A DNA stretch of 63,913 nt, filler included, from Octopus bimaculoides (GCF_001194135.2; 4 parts of 4 records of this genome joined end to end with filler, not necessarily neighbours in it), one strand, 5' to 3'. Counted from the first letter of the whole stretch, positions 36,918 through 49,039 are shown. Numbers and translations are program-made. The notes: generated by a model from the letters alone, not told the origin.

Positions 36918-39893
36918 TACATGCACACACACACACATATACACACACATGNNNNNNNNNNNNNNNNNNNNNNNNNNNNNNNNNNNNNNNNNNNNTTAAT
37001 TAATTAANNNNNNNNNNNNNNNNNNNNNNNNNNNNNNNNNNNNNNNNNNNNAGGGGAGGGGAGGAGGTGGAAGAGGGAAGGAGGTGGAAGAGGGGAGGAG
37101 GAGGTGGAAGAGGGGAGGAGGAGGAGGAGGAGGAGGTAGTGATCGTGTTGGAGATGGCAGTGATGATGCTACTAGTGGTGATGCTGGTGGTGATGGTGAT
37201 GATAATACTGATAACACTAATCAATTAACCCTCTCCCCTTAAATTGAAGGACATGATTATTATTTTGATGAAGCATAAAATGAAATTTATAAATTATAAA
37301 GAATGTCATGAAAAGAATCGGTGTTGTAACTTATTAGTTCATAGTTCTGTGGGGAGTTGTTAAATGATCAATTCGACCTTATGATTTGCTAGATCATGTA
37401 GTTGAGAACTAATTTTGCAGTTGAGTGCTTTTTTCGATTACGAACGCCGAGTATTCGAATGTCATCAGCCTAACTGTAAATGTATCTATCGGATTTGATA
37501 TCATAGATTCCTTTGTTTGTGTATTAACCAGGGGAGAAATGGTTGGAACAATATATCTGGTACTTAAAGATCCTCACAGACTAGTGAGGTCAATGCAGTT
37601 GCTATTTTCCGTATTTCAATGTCTGTAGTAGAAACGTGAGCAAGAAGAGACTCCTAGAAAAACATCCCCGTCGAAGAACAATTGGGTAAAGTATTTAGTT
37701 GACGATCTAGAGCAAAAGAAGAATACTCAGCACACTTACTAGGGTCCATTGGTGTGTCAATATCTGCCGATTAGTGAAATGTGTATTGACAGGGAGGTGA
37801 ACACTGCACCAATGTAGCACCTACTTTAGCTTTGTCGATGGTCAACAAGTGATCAAGCTTGTGACATATTCTAGCCGTGAAAAGATCAAAATATAGTCTT
37901 TGGGTACATACTTTGTGAAAATACAGTATCGGTAGTCACTGAGAAGACAGAGAGGCGGGGGGAATTCAATATGAAGGAAAATGATACGTTGTTTACGATT
38001 TTTCCATGATGTTTGGAATTGTGAGGATGCTATACTGACTGTTGACTGAGTGAGGGAGTTTGTCCTTCCTAGGAATGCAATGCACTCAGTGCTGGATTTA
38101 CCATTGTGCTTAGGTGTGCTTAAGCACAAGGTCCCATTAAGGGACTCCTCCTTCCTGCCCCCAAAATCTTTACGATGAATTTTTCAAATGTCAAATGAAA
38201 AACGTAGCTAGGAAGCCTGTCCTTACTAATTTATTTACTACTTTACTTTTCAAAACAAGAATAAAGAAAAAATAATGCCAAAAGAAAAAAAAAACCCAAA
38301 ACATATATCTCTGAAGCTGGTCATAAAATTCCCTAGGAAATTTCGTAGAAAGATGAAAGAAATAATACTGAGAAAAGGCAATGTCAGCAACAACAACAAA
38401 AATGACGCCGACAGCAGCAACGACAAATTTAAAAGAATACATACATATATACACATATGTATATATATATAGGCAAATAAAAACAAAATCAATGAAAGCC
38501 AAAAGGATGTACACAGTGAATGCGTTATGCTGACGTTCAGTTTAAGATGACAAACGGACACACACACAAACACTCCTACTTGGCGTTGGTATCAAAGTAC
38601 ACTGTTCACTGATCCCCAGAGAATAATTGAAGACCATATGCATGTGTGTATGTATGTACATGTGCATACGTTTATCTATTTGTCTGTCTGCCTAGTTATG
38701 TATGCGCACACACATACATATATATGTATATGTATACGTGTGGTTATATATATATATATATATATATATATNNNNNNNNNNNNNNNNNNNNNNNNNNNNN
38801 NNNNNNNNNNNNNNNNNNNNNNNNNNNNNNNNNNNNNNNNNNNNNNNNNNNNNNNNNNNNNNNNNNNNNNNNNNNNNNNNNNNNNNNNNNNNNNNNNNNN
38901 NNNNNNNNNNNNNNNNNNNNNNNNNNNNNNNNNNNNNNNNNNNNNNNNNNNNNNNNNNNNNNNNNNNNNNNNNNNNNNNNNNNNNNNNNNNNNNNNNNNN
39001 NNNNNNNNNNNNNNNNNNNNNNNNNNNNNNNNNNNNNNNNNNNNNNNNNNNNNNNNNNNNNNNNNNNNNNNNNNNNNNNNNNNNNNNNNNNNNNNNNNNN
39101 NNNNNNNNNNNNNNNNNNNNNNNNNNNNNNNNNNNNNNNNNNNNNNNNNNNNNNNNNNNNNNNNNNNNNNNNNNNNNNNNNNNNNNNNNNNNNNNNNNNN
39201 NNNNNNNNNNNNNNNNNNNNNNNNNNNNNNNNNNNNNNNNNNNNNNNNNNNNNNNNNNNNNNNNNNNNNNNNNNNNNNNNNNNNNNNNNNNNNNNNNNNN
39301 NNNNNNNNNNNNNNNNNNNNNNNNNNNNNNNNNNNNNNNTCAGAGTAGTACCAGGTCATTTTACTACTATCAAAATGTTGAGGAATTAAAACCCTAGGTA
39401 TATGGGTCAAATAGGTTTTTTTCTTTTAGTCTGAATAGAGTATCAGTATAGTTATACAGATAACAATATTAGTTTAACCAATATTTTCACAATAAGAGGT
39501 ATGTTAATAAAATAAATAAAAAGAGATGTAATTATTTTATACAAAAATCATGAAATAATGTCATTATTGAATTCAGGGGCTATAGATAGGGTGTAAAGTT
39601 TAAGGATATTAAGTGTACTGGGTTCATGAGAACTATTTTGAATTATCTTAAAAAAATTATAGCTGAAAATAAAATAATGATACTATTTAGGAGACACATA
39701 GGTAAGCTTTATTTTTATAATGTGAATAAAAATTATTATCGGATTTATATTAGTTCATAATAATGTGTTTACTAAGGTTTAAGGGACTGAAAAAAGAAAA
39801 GATGCTAGGAAATAACAAGGATATTCAATACAGGAACCTGATTATTGATTTAAGTAGATTAAATGTTAAGGTGAGAGATCAGGAATATATATT

Positions 39894-39927
<34 letters not shown>

Positions 39928-41136
39928 GTGTACATATATACATGCGTGTGTATGTATATATATAGTTATATTTTTATATATAACGTTGACCACTAACGTG
40001 GACATTCAATGTGCTAGAAATAGATCACATCTTGTGTCTACTAAGACTTAAATTGTTCTCAAAACGAAATTTAGCGGAATACCAAAGCGTAAGTGGGCAA
40101 GACATTTAAAATTACCGAAAAACATCATTATTAAACAGGGACCGGTTTCGAAATTAACAATCTTACCGACTGTCTGTTTCTCTTCAGCCTATTCGTAATG
40201 TAACCATAATCCTCAGAACCCAATACAAAATTGCCCACCGTCATAGGTGCACGTGTATGTGGTTCTGTTAATTACAGCGTAATGGTAAAATTCAAAGATC
40301 TTCGTTTTGGCGCGCTAATTCCAGGAATATGTCTGCAGAAAATATGTACTGCGTCGCATATATCCAGTTTGAGAACTTGGTTATGGTTAATACATTAACA
40401 TAGGGTAAAAATCATATATTAATTAATACCGATTAATTACCAGGAAGCTAGCACATTTAAAGAATCAAAGAGATTCAGAAACAATATCTGCAATTACCCT
40501 ATGTTAATATATATAGTTATATGCATCGATTCGTTTTTTACTCTTATTTCTAGCAATGCTGGTATTATTTTATACCCTGGTTTATTAATTTGCGTTTAGG
40601 TTTTAATTGCTAACGGGCCGNNNNNNNNNNNNNNNNNNNNNNNNNNNNNNNNNNNNNNNNNNNNNNNNNNNNNNNNNNNNNNNNNNNNNNNNNNNNNNNN
40701 NNNNNNNNNNNNNNNNNNNNNNNNNNNNNNNNNNNNNNNNNNNNNNNNNNNNNNNNNNNNNNNNNNNNNNNNNNNNNNNNNNNNNNNNNNNNNNNNNNNN
40801 NNNNNNNNNNNNNNNNNNNNNNNNNNNNNNNNNNNNNNNNNNNNNNNNNNNNNNNNNNNNNNNNNNNNNNNNNNNNNNNNNNNNNNNNNNNNNNNNNNNN
40901 NNNNNNNNNNNNNNNNNNNNNNNNNNNNNNNNNNNNNNNNNNNNNNNNNNNNNNNNNNNNNNNNNNNNNNNNNNNNNNNNNNNNNNNNNNNNNNNNNNNN
41001 NNNNNNNNNNNNNNNNNNNNNNNNNNNNNATATATATATATTAATAAATTATAGGGTAGCAAAAAAAATTTTAGAAATTTTATTTACCACCAGTGGTCCA
41101 GCGAGAGTAAAAAAAAACAGTCAATAGACTATGTAT

Positions 41137-41215
41137 TATTCATTTAAAATGCAGAGATGCCTATTTCTAGCGAGTAGATGTCCTATTATAGGCATCTCTG
41201 CATTTTAAATGAATA
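41137..41215. repeat. Perfect 28-bp inverted repeat with 23-nt loop
   Basis: TATTCATTTAAAATGCAGAGATGCCTAT / ATAGGCATCTCTGCATTTTAAATGAATA. Confidence 0.9.
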
Positions 41216-41579
41216 TATATGTGTGTGTGTGTGTGTGTTAAGAGGGGCTTTTTATTTAAACAGTTTACATGAAAATGTTCAAAATAGGTAGTAAAATAAA
41301 TTTATAATTATTTTAAGTTCATCAAGAATCATGGTTGTATAGAAGCATATATACAGGAGGAAATATATTTAAGTATTTATACAGAATTCTAGAGGAATGA
41401 CCAACCTTTCCATCCATCATCTCCTGTTTTGTAGTGTGTATATGAGAAATGCTTGCTATTTTTAGAAATGGTGTAGGAGGTTGATTCGTTGATGGTGGAG
41501 AGCATTGTGGAATCAAAAGGATTTTTTGTTTCTAGGTTAGTCTGTCATAGTTCAGTGGTTTGAGAGACTGAGAGTTCAA

Positions 41580-42776
41580 AATAGTGTGAGTCTGTGTGTT
41601 TCTGTGCACGTTTCTATGTGTGTGTGTACATATATGTGCTTGTATTTGTGTATGGGTTTTTTCATTGGTCTTAGAGTTCAAGACCATGAAAATGGGTATA
41701 AGACCCATGAAAATTCAAAGAGTTCCGTATGGGGTGTGTATGGGTTTGTGTATGTGTGTTTTATATTTAGCAGGATGGTGCGTGAATGTGTGCACTTTTG
41801 TGTGTGTGTATATGTGTGATTCGTATTTGTCAGGGGTGCTGTGTGAGTGCATGTGTGTGTGTGTGTTTGTTCGTGTGTGTGTATGTTTGTGTGTGTTGTG
41901 TTGGTGGGGAGGTTATATGCGTGTACGTGAGTATGTGTGTGTCTCTGAGTATGTTTGTGTTGTAATTGTCCGGGTGGTGTGGTGGAGAGGTAGTGCAACC
42001 GTATGTGTGTGTGTGTGTGAGGGTGCATATGTATGTGTGGGTGTGTATGTGTGTGTTGTATTTGTCAGGGGTTCGGTGTGTATCTATGTGTGTTACGTTT
42101 ATCCGGGTGGTGTGTACGTGTGTGCGTGTACGTACTGTGCATGTTTGTACTGAGTATGCGTTTATGTGGGTGTGGTTTATGTAGTTTTCGGGTGTGTATG
42201 CACATGTGTGTGTGCTATATTTGTTGTGGCGAAGTGTGTGTGTGTGTGTGTGTGTGTACGTGTGGGTGTATTTGTGTGAGTGTGTTGTCTATGTGTCTTG
42301 TATTTGTCAGGGTGGTGTGTGTTATTGTGTGTGTGTGTATGTTATTGTGTGTGTGTGTGCGTGCTTGTCTGTGTATATATGTGTGTATGTGCGTGTGTCT
42401 GTCAGTGTTTGTTGGGATTGTATTGCGTGTATATATGTGAGCGTGTGTGTGATTTTTTACTGTGGAACGGGCATATTGTGTTTGTGTACATATGTGTGTA
42501 TATATATGCGTGTGTGNNNNNNNNNNNNNNNNNNNNNNNNNNNNNNNNNNNNNNNNNNNNNNNNNNNNNNNNNNNNNNNNNNNNNNNNNNNNNNNNNNNN
42601 NNNNNNNNNNNNNNNNNNNNNNNNNNNNNNNNNNNNNNNNNNNNNNNNNNNNNNNNNNNNNNNNNNNNNNNNNNNNGGTATTTGCGTGTTTGTGTGTGTA
42701 TATGTGGGTATGTTTGTGTGAGTGTGTCTTGTATTGTCAGGGCGGTGTGTGTAGGTATGTGCCTGTGCATGTTTAC

Positions 42777-42826
<50 letters not shown>

Positions 42827-43050
42827 TGGTTGTGATTGCTAGAATCGTATTGCATGTGAATATATGCATGTGTTTTTTCTTGGAATGTATGTGAGTTTGT
42901 GCTCGAGCGTATGGATATTGTGTTTGTGCATGTGTGTGTGTTTGTGTGGGAGGTTTGCATTGTATTTGTGCGTGTGTTTGTACATCTGTGTGTGTTTCTG
43001 TGTGCATTTGTTGTGGATGTGTACCTGGGGGGGGATATTAGAGTATGTTG
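41580..43050. repeat. Degenerate (TG)n-rich low-complexity tract inside the hAT element
   Basis: Direct inspection; its ORFs are C/V/Y-rich artefacts. Confidence 0.9.
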
Positions 43051-43590
43051 AGTTGTGGCCTATATAGTTTCACTCGTGCGGTACCATATATATATATATA
43101 TTATATATATATATAGGAGAGATAGAAGGGGTGGAGAGAGAGATTTCACAAAAGAAATCATTCTGTTCCTTCCATATTTTCGCCAGACTGATCTCCAAGT
43201 TTGTCAGTTTTTTAGGATAACGGTAAGAAAATTTTCATATTTTCTGTAACTGGTAATTTCACAGTTTAGTATTGATCAAATAATTGCAATGTAAAAAAAA
43301 TCCTATAATGTGAGCATGCCTTAAGTTGGCTTTATGCAGTGAAGTATATGCTGTATGTTTGTTATATCGTATAACAGTGTTTGTGTGTGTCATTGTTATT
43401 CATTAAGTATTTTTGTTTAGTTCGATCTAGTTTGTTGCAAGTTTTTATCCAACTTTCTGTTTTAATTTTTGATATTATATTGTTAATTCTTTTGTTAATT
43501 TATTACATATTGATTTGAAATTTGTATTATTAGGTTCTTAGAATCGAACTCAACCAACTGATACTCTTCTCCAGCTCTTTAATCGTAACA

Positions 43591-46143
43591 ATGAGTAGAC
43601 GTTACGAAAGTAGTGCAAGTAAAAGAAAACGTCAAAAAGAACAAAAAGATATAATTAAACGTTTAAAGCCAATCACATCATTTGGCTTTGCACACTCGGA
43701 ACAAACGGGTTCAGCAGCAGATACAGAAGATTCAGATACATTACTTGGCACCCGGGAGCATTTGTCAGTAACATAACTCCAAGTACTGATTTCCTTGTCA
43801 AGATTGATGTAGGTTTATGGACCATATTGAACAATGAAAAAATTTCATTTCGGATTGAGAAAGTTTGTTTATTTCTCCTCATGTTGTACACGACTTGAAC
43901 AGAAAGTGGTCCCCTCTTCGAACCACTCTAGTGTCTCTAACATTACCCTGATGAGGAGGGACAAATCTCACTCGCACAAAGCCTAGTCCTACCGGGAGTA
44001 ACTTTTAAACAAACAAACACTGCTCCAGTAGTAACAGTCAATCTAATTGGGATGGACCTTTCACAACTTCGAAGCAAACCTACAAAAACCAAACTCGTTC
44101 ATGCTCAAGAAGTTTATTCTTCTCCACTAAAATAAATAGAGAAACCTACCCTTGGGAATGGCTAGTATATTACCCAACAAAAGGAAAAGTCTACTGTTTT
44201 GTGTGCAAACTTTTCTCAAAATTCTCTGAGAACGTTTCTTCAACTACAACTCTAGCTTCTTCAGGATTCGATAACTGGTCTCAATCTTAAATTATTAAGA
44301 CCCATGAAAATTCAAAAGATCACATGGCCTACTTAACAAGAAAACGTGGTCAGACGCTTACAACAAAGCTTGATGAGCAAATCAAAGCAGAACATGATTT
44401 CTGGAAGCGTGTACTTCAGCAGGTGATGACAGTGATTTACTTGTTGAGAGAACGTGGATTGGCTTTTAGAAATGATGAAACTTTCTGCTGCCCAAACAAC
44501 GGAAACTTTCTCGGTTTGCTGGAATTGATTGCCAAATTTGATCCCTTCTTACGTACCCACATAAATCAGTATGAAAATGAAGGCCATACATCATACCTAT
44601 CCAAAACCATATGTGAAGAAGTTATCCAGCTAATGGCTAAAATAGTTCTTGAAGAAATAGTGAAAGAAATCAAAGAAGCAGGTTATTTTAGTGTATCGGT
44701 CGATTCAACGCTTGATGTTTCCAATGTTGATCAACTCACTGTAATTGTTAGACATGTTTCTTCCCTTGATGGAATACCAGTTGAACGGTTTTTGACATTT
44801 ATTGAACTGAAGAATCACACAGGTGAAGAAATGGTTGAATTGATACCGAATTTCTTTGAAGAACTTGAAATTGATTTCAGAAACTGCAGGGGTCAATCAT
44901 ATAACAATGCAGCAAATATGGCTGGAAAGTATAATATAATGGCGTTCAGCAGAAAATTCTGGAAAAGAATAAGTTTGCAAAATTTATTCCCTGAGCTGAA
45001 CATTACCTAAATCTGGTTGGAGGAGCTGCAGTTGACTCTTACCTTGATGCAGTGAATTTCCTTGGCGTTGCCAATGAACTTTATTGCTTTTTCTCAGCAT
45101 CTACAAGACTGTGGGCAGTGCTGAAAAAACTTCTTTCCACCAGTGTCAAAAGCTCCGCAACAGTTATCTAACACAAGATAGGAAGCCCATGCCAAGAGCT
45201 ACGACAGCCATCAGTGCAAGTTACGCACACATTGTTGGAGCTCTCAGTCACGTCCATGATGATGACACTGAAATGGTTGACACTAGACGACAAGCTCAAA
45301 ATATTTTGCAGAAAAATGGAAGAATTTGAATTTGTGCTCATGCTTCATCTATGGACAGGTTGGCTTGAGTAGTTTCACTAAGTAATGCCTTTCAAAGTGC
45401 ACAGATTTCATTGACCAATACAGTTCATATCTGCAATTTGTTTCCAGCATATGGGAAAACTTTGATGAGATTGAGGAGCAAGCAAAAACTACTCTACCTG
45501 ATGTAGAGTACAGAAGCCTCCAAAGAAGGCGTAGAAAACGACAACACAGTGATGGCAGTGCAACTAAAGCTTTGGATGAAATTCTTCCAATGGATAATTT
45601 TAGGATATATTCATTTATTCCTATAACTGATACTCTTCACTCAAATTTAGACAGAAGAGCTATTGTGTATATGAATGAGTATTGCTGACAATTTCTCGTT
45701 TTTAATTGATCTGCAAGTGACGAGGGAGCAAATTTTCCATTGTGTCAAGAAACTAGAATAAGAATCCCCAAAGAATGTTGATCTGTCTTGTTGATGAACT
45801 CTTGACTTTCCACTTGTATGTCAAACAGGCTCATGCAGAAAAAGAAAGCTTCAGCCACCAAGACGTGTACAAAATAATAAAACAGGAGAAAATTCAGACA
45901 GTTTTCCCAAATGTGGAAACAATTTTTAGATTGTTCCTGTGTTTGATGGTCACTAACTGTTCTGGACAGAGATCATTTTCTAGACTGAAAAGGATCAAAA
46001 GTGACCTTCATTCAACAATCTCACAAGAGAGGCTGTCTGTCCTGAGTATTCTCTGTATAGAGAATGATAAACTGCGACCTATTGATTTTGATGAAATTGT
46101 TGATGAGTTTGCAGTCAGGAAATCTCGAAGGAAGATGTTCTGA
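43591..46143 (+). pseudogene. Disrupted hAT transposase (ZMYM1-like: TTF-type zinc finger, DUF4371, hATC dimerisation)
   Basis: EWLVYYPTKGKVYCFVCKLF; GLAFR...GNFLGLLELIAKFDP; YLSKTICEEVI; FSVSVDSTLDVSNVDQL; CRGQSYNNAANMAG; FPNV..RLFLCLMVTNCSGQRSFSRLKRIK....ISQERL. Multiple frameshifts and stops. Confidence 0.92.
43860..44048. repeat. 189-bp perfect inverted copy of 47052-47240
   Basis: Position x pairs with 91100-x; no mismatch found by eye over 189 bp; the match stops at 43859/47241 and 44049/47051. Confidence 0.92.
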
Positions 46144-46574
46144 CATTAAATAGCCTACTGTAAATGTATAATGACTGTCCTGTCTGTTCACTTTTTATCA
46201 AGTTTGACTACTTCATCATGTGGCCTGTGTAAGTTCAAAAATTTGACTGACTTGTTTTTAAAAAAATAATGATTAATCTGGTAACAGGTAATAGTTTAAC
46301 TACCCCTAAATTTCCTGAGCATCTCTTAAATCCAGCACCGAATGCACTGGTGTGTATTCCTGTAAATTGGAAAAGAAGCTTTTAGAAGAGATTGCGAGTA
46401 GAATTATCCGACTTAATAATCTGTGGAACTCATTTGAAATGTAACTGAATTTATCGACCAGAGTTTTGTTTTGTTTTTGTTTTTATTATCGGGGGTGGCG
46501 GGTTGGGTTTCTTTCTGATGGATAATGACAAATCATATTATGTTTCAGCTGGAGATTTTTAACCGATTTTCATT

Positions 46575-46765
46575 ATGGTCCGAAAAATTTGCGTACTAGG
46601 AGCTGGAATTATTGGTCTCTACTCGGCTGTACGAATTCTTGAAGACTTACAAAATGTTGATGTTACGATTATTGCTGAAAAATTTTCTCCGAACAACACA
46701 ACCGACGTGGCTGCTGGCTTCTGGAGACCCTATAAAATGGGCTCCACAAACGCGTTACTAATCAA
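46575..46765 (+). CDS. D-amino-acid oxidase / D-aspartate oxidase family (DAO/DDO), first coding exon
   Basis: [53 protein letters not shown]: GAG.IG FAD motif plus the family TTDVAAG.W.PY motif; donor AA|GTAAGT (phase 2); upstream acceptor tatgtttcag at 46548. DAO versus DDO cannot be resolved from one exon. Confidence 0.92.
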
Positions 46766-47217
46766 GTAAGTTGAAACGATTTCTCTATTTTTTCGTTTTG
46801 CCTGTGTAAATGTAATTCAGTTTAAAGGATGAATGCTGCATATTTGAAGAACATATTGCCGAGTTGAAAACCTAAAATAGCAGGTGACTGTGGGAAACTT
46901 CTGAGTCATTAGTTCATGACCTGTTATAGGCAGCTTCTTTATATTTTATCAAGACAATTAATACTACTAGCTTCTGATCGCCTCGCTAACTTGTAGTTGG
47001 CATTTCTATGTAAAAACTGGTACCATTCATTTAAATAAAAACAGAGAAATTAATTAGATTGACTGTTACTACTGGAGCAGTGTTTGTTTGTTTAAAAGTT
47101 ACTCCCGGTAGGACTAGGCTTTGTGCGAGTGAGATTTGTCCCTCCTCATCAGGGTAATGTTAGAGACACTAGAGTGGTTCGAAGAGGGGACCACTTTCTG
47201 TTCAAGTCGTGTACAAC

Positions 47218-47587
47218 ATGAGGAGAAATAAACAAACTTTATGTTAGTTCAAATATGTTTGTGACATATTTAAACTTCTAAAGGCAGTTCCACTACAGCT
47301 TAACATCCAGAAAATATTCTTGCATATGGTAAAAGATGTAAAAACGCCTTATCGGTTTATTTCTCATCATTGCTTGGCGCTGCTACTACAATATGAGGAA
47401 GGCTAAGGAGCCAGAAACATGTCTATCAGTCCGATAGAGTGTGACGTTGAACAGATAAGGTGTTTTTACACCTTTTACCATAGGTGATAATTTTCTTTCG
47501 CTCCACGATATCAGCAGAGAAATTACTTTAGAAGTTAAAATATGTCACATATTTGAACGAACAAAAAGTTTGTTTATTTCTCATCAT
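47218..47587. mobile_element. Foldback/MITE with ~62-bp TIRs and an inner 29-bp inverted pair
   Basis: 47218-47283 pairs with about 47526-47587; 47325-47353 pairs with 47454-47482 (27/29). Confidence 0.82.
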
Positions 47588-49039
47588 AGATATTTTAACT
47601 ATGAATTGCAATGCCTTATTTTATCTACTTAATTACTAAGAATGCCAATCGGAAGGATTCTTGGATTATTCAGATCAAGCGAAGAAGAAGCCCTACTGTT
47701 TCTGTACATAACGTTTGTTCTCGTCTGTCTGAATATTTACTCTCAGTTATGGTCGCCATATTAAATTAATGGAAGAATAGAGACAATACAACGGCTTCAA
47801 TGAAACAGCTGCGCTACTGAGAGAGAAATAGACGGAGCTAAGATTCTACTGCTCGGAGCAAAAAAAATCGATTAAAATAAATATGATTCTTAGTTGATTT
47901 CAAATCAGGTGAAAAGAAAAATAATTTTAAATTGGTATACAGATTAATGGATTTGCAAATGACTATATATGTTTGTATGTTACTATATATATAAGAGTGT
48001 ATACATATATTTACATATGTGTGTTGGGGTGTGTGTGAAATATAAATATATATATATATTTATATTTCACACACACCGCAACATATATATATGTGTGTGT
48101 GTGTGCGTGTGTGNNNNNNNNNNNNNNNNNNNNNNNNNNNNNNNNNNNNNNNNNNNNNNNNNNNNNNNNNNNNNNNNNNNNNNNNNNNNNNNNNNNNNNN
48201 NNNNNNNNNNNNNNNNNNNNNNNNNNNNNNNNNNNNNNNNNNNNNNNNNNNNNNNNNNNNNNNNNNNNNNNNNNNNNNNNNNNNNNNNNNNNNNNNNNNN
48301 NNNNNNNNNNNNNNNNNNNNNNNNNNNNNNNNNNNNNNNNNNNNNNNNNNNNNNNNNNNNNNNNNNNNNNNNNNNNNNNNNNNNNNNNNNNNNNNNNNNN
48401 NNNNNNNNNNNNNNNNNNNNNNNNNNNNNNNNNNNNNNNNNNNNNNNNNNNNNNNNNNNNNNNNNNNNNNNNNNNNNNNNNNNNNNNNNNNNNNNNNNNN
48501 NNNNNNNNNNNNNNNNNNNNNNNNNNNNNNNNNNNNNNNNNNNNNNNNNNNNNNNNNNNNNNNNNNNNNNNNNNNNNNNNNNNNNNNNNNNNNNNNNNNN
48601 NNNNNNNNNNNNNNNNNNNNNNNNNNNNNNNNNNNNNNNNNNNNNNNNNNNNNNNNNNNNNNNNNNNNNNNNNNNNNNNNNNNNNNNNNNNNNNNNNNNN
48701 NNNNNNNNNNNNNNNNNNNNNNNNNNNNNNNNNNNNNNNNNNNNNNNNNNNNNNNNNNNNNNNNNNNNNNNNNNNNNNNNNNNNNNNNNNNNNNNNNNNN
48801 NNNNNNNNNNNNNNNNNNNNNNNNNNNNNNNNNNNNNNNNNNNNNNNNNNNNNNNNNNNNNNNNNNNNNNNNNNNNNNNNNNNNNNNNNNNNNNNNNNNN
48901 NNNNNNNNNNNNNNNNNNNNNNNNNNNNNNNNNNNNNNNNNNNNNNNNNNNNNNNNNNNNNNNNNNNNNNNNNNNNNNNNNNNNNNNNNNNNNNNNNNNN
49001 NNNNNNNNNNNNNNNNNNNNNNNNNNNNNNNNNNNNNNN

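Larger units (their letters stand above)
38087..46340 (+). mobile_element. hAT-superfamily DNA transposon, complete ends (8,254 bp including gaps)
   Basis: Left TIR CAGTGCTGGATTTAC (38087); right TIR reverse complement CGGTGCTGGATTTAA (46326-46340), 13/15 identical; perfect 8-bp TSD AATGCACT at 38079-38086 and 46341-46348. Confidence 0.9.

Noticed and set aside
43949-43985. CTGATGAGGAG as a standard type I hammerhead
   Set aside because: No downstream GAAA, and stem I cannot form; noted only as a partial motif.
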